Shown here: piece by piece, positions 61,193 through 64,000 of the stretch
How positions within the stretch are numbered: position 1 is the stretch's first letter
How the letters are laid out: each line of letters begins with the position of its first letter
Source: Candidatus Latescibacterota bacterium
Lineage (GTDB): Bacteria > Latescibacterota > UBA2968
Direction of reading: 5' to 3'
Assembly: GCA_965205975.1 (NCBI GenBank)
Contig: OZ242195.1
Coordinates: 4,576,001 to 4,640,000, forward strand
Length of the DNA: 64,000 bases
Position numbers and translations under genes: made by a program
The notes under the pieces: generated by a model
What the model was told of the DNA's origin: nothing
Databases searched by the model: none
Seen by the model: only the letters and a program-made list of their open reading frames with translations

Positions 61193-62908
61193 GTGCGCCA
61201 AATACTCAAAATCATCAAAATGCTCCGTCCTTACTGGCGGTTTATCTTCCAGTCCCTCCTCGTGGGCATCATGGTTATGTTCTTACGAATCCCAGGACCG
61301 TATATCACTAAGGTTTTGATTGACGACGTGTATCCCCACAAAGATTACACGCTCCTGACCTTCATTCTGGTTATAGGTGCTGTGATTTCGACGGGATTGG
61401 GATTTACAAATTTGTTGAGCACTTATTTTAGTCGTTATGTGGGTGTCAACATGGGACTGGATTTCAAATCTCGATTTTATTCCCATGTGCAATCGCAGGA
61501 CTTCAGCTTTTTCGACAATCGGCAGACGGGAGAAATCCTGTCTCGATTCAGGGATATGGACAGATCTATTGGCAGTACCATTGGAATGGTGAACAGCCTG
61601 ATTATGAACACGCTTCAGTTGCTCATTTTCCCGCCCATTTTGCTCTACATCAATTGGAAACTCGCCTTACTCAGTCTGGCAGTGCTGCCTTTTGATACGG
61701 TATTGATTATCGTGTCAAAAAAATACCTCAGCAGGGTTTCAAAAAAATTGACCGAAGCCTCTGCCGAATTATCTGCCAAGTCCTATGAATCGCTTTCGGG
61801 CATTCGCACTGTGCAAGCACTGGGACTGGAAGCCGCATTTTATCACAAGCTCAGAGACATCTTTCTCAATGTTGCAAAATTGCGAATTCGATCAACCCAT
61901 TTAAGTGGTGGATTTGGGTTTATAGGATCGTTGGTGAAAACAGCGGGTACGTTGGCGTATGGTTGGTACGGTTGGACGCAAGTTCTATCGGGCAATCTCT
62001 CTCTGGGTAGTTATATGGCCTTTTCAGGTTATGTGGGGTATCTCTACGGTCCAATCGGCAATCTCATCGGTCTCGTGGGGCAGGTTGAAATGGCTCTGGT
62101 TCGCATCAATCGTTTTTTTGAAGTTTATGACTTGAGACCCGAAATTCAGGATCGTCCTGATATGCCCGCCTTGCCACAGGCCAGGGGCGAGATCGGTTTT
62201 CACGATGTGAGTTTTTCGTATCAGGAAGATCAACCCGTTTTGCACCACATCAACCTTCACATCCCTGCCCAGGCCACCATTGCACTGGTCGGCAAGAGTG
62301 GGTCTGGCAAATCAACACTTGCCAAATTGATCCCGAGATTTTATGATCCGCAAGAGGGATATGTGTCTATTGATGGGTACGATATTCGAAACTATCGCTT
62401 GAAATCCATCCGGCAGCAGGTTGGATTTGCGATGCAAGGCAGCACCTTGTTTCAAGGTAGTATTTTGGATAACCTGACCTTTGGACACGATATACCCCTG
62501 CGAGACGTCCAGGATGCGACACAGGCTGCGTACATCCACGACTTTATCGCATCATTGCCCGAAGGATATGAAACACTGGTAGGAGAACAGGGGGCGCAGA
62601 TGTCGGAAGGGCAGAAACAGCGCATTGCCCTATCGCGTGTGCTGTTGATGGACACGCCCATTTTGATTTTGGATGAGCCTACAGCCGCGCTGGATATGGA
62701 ATCCGAATATCACATCCAGGAGGCATTGAAAACCGTGCGACAAGGAAGGACAACAATCATCATCGCACATCGGCTTTCAACGATTCAAAATGCAGATGAG
62801 ATTGTGGTATTGGATGAGGGACAGATCGCAGAGCAGGGCACGCATGAATGGTTAGCCATGCAAGATGGGGCTTATGCCCGTTTATATGAAAAAACAGCGA
62901 GTATATGA
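61193..62908 (+). CDS. Peptide/protein export ABC transporter without C39 domain
   Basis: FFDNRQTGEILSRF, GKSGSGKS, MSEGQKQR, LDEPT. Confidence 0.9.
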   Translation: MRQILKIIKMLRPYWRFIFQSLLVGIMVMFLRIPGPYITKVLIDDVYPHKDYTLLTFILVIGAVISTGLGFTNLLSTYFSRYVGVNMGLDFKSRFYSHVQSQDFSFFDNRQTGEILSRFRDMDRSIGSTIGMVNSLIMNTLQLLIFPPILLYINWKLALLSLAVLPFDTVLIIVSKKYLSRVSKKLTEASAELSAKSYESLSGIRTVQALGLEAAFYHKLRDIFLNVAKLRIRSTHLSGGFGFIGSLVKTAGTLAYGWYGWTQVLSGNLSLGSYMAFSGYVGYLYGPIGNLIGLVGQVEMALVRINRFFEVYDLRPEIQDRPDMPALPQARGEIGFHDVSFSYQEDQPVLHHINLHIPAQATIALVGKSGSGKSTLAKLIPRFYDPQEGYVSIDGYDIRNYRLKSIRQQVGFAMQGSTLFQGSILDNLTFGHDIPLRDVQDATQAAYIHDFIASLPEGYETLVGEQGAQMSEGQKQRIALSRVLLMDTPILILDEPTAALDMESEYHIQEALKTVRQGRTTIIIAHRLSTIQNADEIVVLDEGQIAEQGTHEWLAMQDGAYARLYEKTASI

Positions 62909-63038
62909 TATGCAATGGTGTACAAAACGTCATTCCTGTCATCCCGTAGTGATGTAATATGGGATACAATACTGTTCCTGCTTGGGACAAGCGGGGGGCA
63001 GTTCATTAGGTCGTTGGGTCTTTATTTTTTAAAAGGAA

Positions 63039-63788
63039 ATGAAAATGCAAGATAGCAAAATAGATGTAGGTGATGATTTGGAATTTGATGATACTCAGCA
63101 ACTCCCTTGGTCAATTAAAAAATTAGTCCTGTGGTTGGTTTTATACTTGGTAATTAGTGTTGGTAGTGGTGCTCCCTTTGGCTTCTTAATGGCACATTTT
63201 AATCATGTCAATAAATGGGGTTTAACGGTTCAAGATATTGTACTTATCGGGCAAACATATCTCAATCTGGTTTTTATACTTGCCTTTCTTGCCTTTCTTA
63301 TATGGCGATGCAAGAAAGTGGATTTATCGCTCAGGACAATTTGGGGGAGCTATGCTCCTCAAGTTCAATATATCATTTTTGCCTTAACTTACGGGGTTTT
63401 AATGTCCCTTTTATGGAACTGGAAAGTCGTAAATTTTGACACTCCTCCCCCCAAATATCCTGATGCGATATTTTATGGCTACGTGATAGTTGCAGGTCTT
63501 TTCGGTCCCTTTATAGAAGAATTATACTTTCGCGGCCTGCTGTATAGAACCTTGTGCAAACGTTATGTGGAACGAAATGCTATTTTGATTTCAGCCGTCA
63601 TTTTTGCAGCGTACCATTTTCAATACTGGTTAGAGATTACGAATCTCCTCTTCGTATTTTTGTTTGGTGTTGTGACAGCATTTTTGGTAAGACGTACAAA
63701 TTCACTTACTGCCAGCTTTTTGCTTCACTCTATTGCAAATTTGATCCATGTGGTGGTTTTTCAGTATAGAGAATTTTTTTTGCTGTAA
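63039..63788 (+). CDS. CPBP/CAAX (Abi) intramembrane metalloprotease
   Basis: EELYFRG, FAAYH, HSIAN motifs; AT-rich. Confidence 0.9.
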   Translation: MKMQDSKIDVGDDLEFDDTQQLPWSIKKLVLWLVLYLVISVGSGAPFGFLMAHFNHVNKWGLTVQDIVLIGQTYLNLVFILAFLAFLIWRCKKVDLSLRTIWGSYAPQVQYIIFALTYGVLMSLLWNWKVVNFDTPPPKYPDAIFYGYVIVAGLFGPFIEELYFRGLLYRTLCKRYVERNAILISAVIFAAYHFQYWLEITNLLFVFLFGVVTAFLVRRTNSLTASFLLHSIANLIHVVVFQYREFFLL

Positions 63789-63826
63789 TAAGAGGTCATC
63801 ATCACTTTTCAAGAAAGGAGCAAACC

Positions 63827-64000
63827 ATGAGATTTCTCAAAAAAATCTCGCTATCTCCGTATGCAGATAGCATTCACAATGTTATAGCATATTCAGGAGA
63901 AGAAGAAGATTATAGAGACGACCTTGACCTTTGGGCGCAAGGAGATGCAGAAACTCAAGCAGGCCGAGATGAGGCAATTGCTGGTTTTCAGGCAGCGGTA
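63827..64000 (+). CDS. Small acidic ORF, candidate exported precursor (truncated by window)
   Basis: AAAGGAG RBS; MRFLKKISLSPYADSIHNVIAYSGEEEDYRDDLDLWAQGDAETQAGRDEAIAGFQAAV... Confidence 0.65.
   Translation, partial: MRFLKKISLSPYADSIHNVIAYSGEEEDYRDDLDLWAQGDAETQAGRDEAIAGFQAAV

Overview
Bacterial chromosomal segment. Dockerin/EF-hand-like modules, GWxTD proteins, internalin-like LRRs, a chondroitinase, Na+ bioenergetics and GTAG-type REPs suggest a marine, possibly sponge-associated, Latescibacterota/Gemmatimonadota-like lineage (inference only). From left to right: an mrpEFG-nhaA-mrpB'BCD antiporter operon; an AAA+/PD-(D/E)XK gene; nqrABCDEF with apbE and an nqrM-like gene; a truncated cohesin/LRR gene; vapBC; two TPR-GWxTD paralogues; assorted catabolic and transport genes; an M16 peptidase; a Fe3+/AfuABC-type ABC importer coupled to a PL8 chondroitinase; a CfrBI-like type II R-M pair; rsmD; fused glyQS; pyrB; monomeric icd; yceI; and the start of a sigma54/AraC-controlled peptide export locus (HlyD, ABC transporter, CPBP protease, small acidic ORF). 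The strongest novel signals are three. (1) A 92-aa DUF5069-like gene absent from the ORF track (42196-42474, minus) has an in-frame UGA where I recall the family Cys and a SECIS-like hairpin, so it is a probable selenoprotein. (2) A 550-bp intergenic cluster of promoter-hairpin-terminator units has mutually complementary loops (26749-27299). (3) The M16 peptidase has an internal TM anchor plus a second signal peptide. No rRNA, tRNA or CRISPR array was seen. Family assignments are from motif recognition, not database searches.
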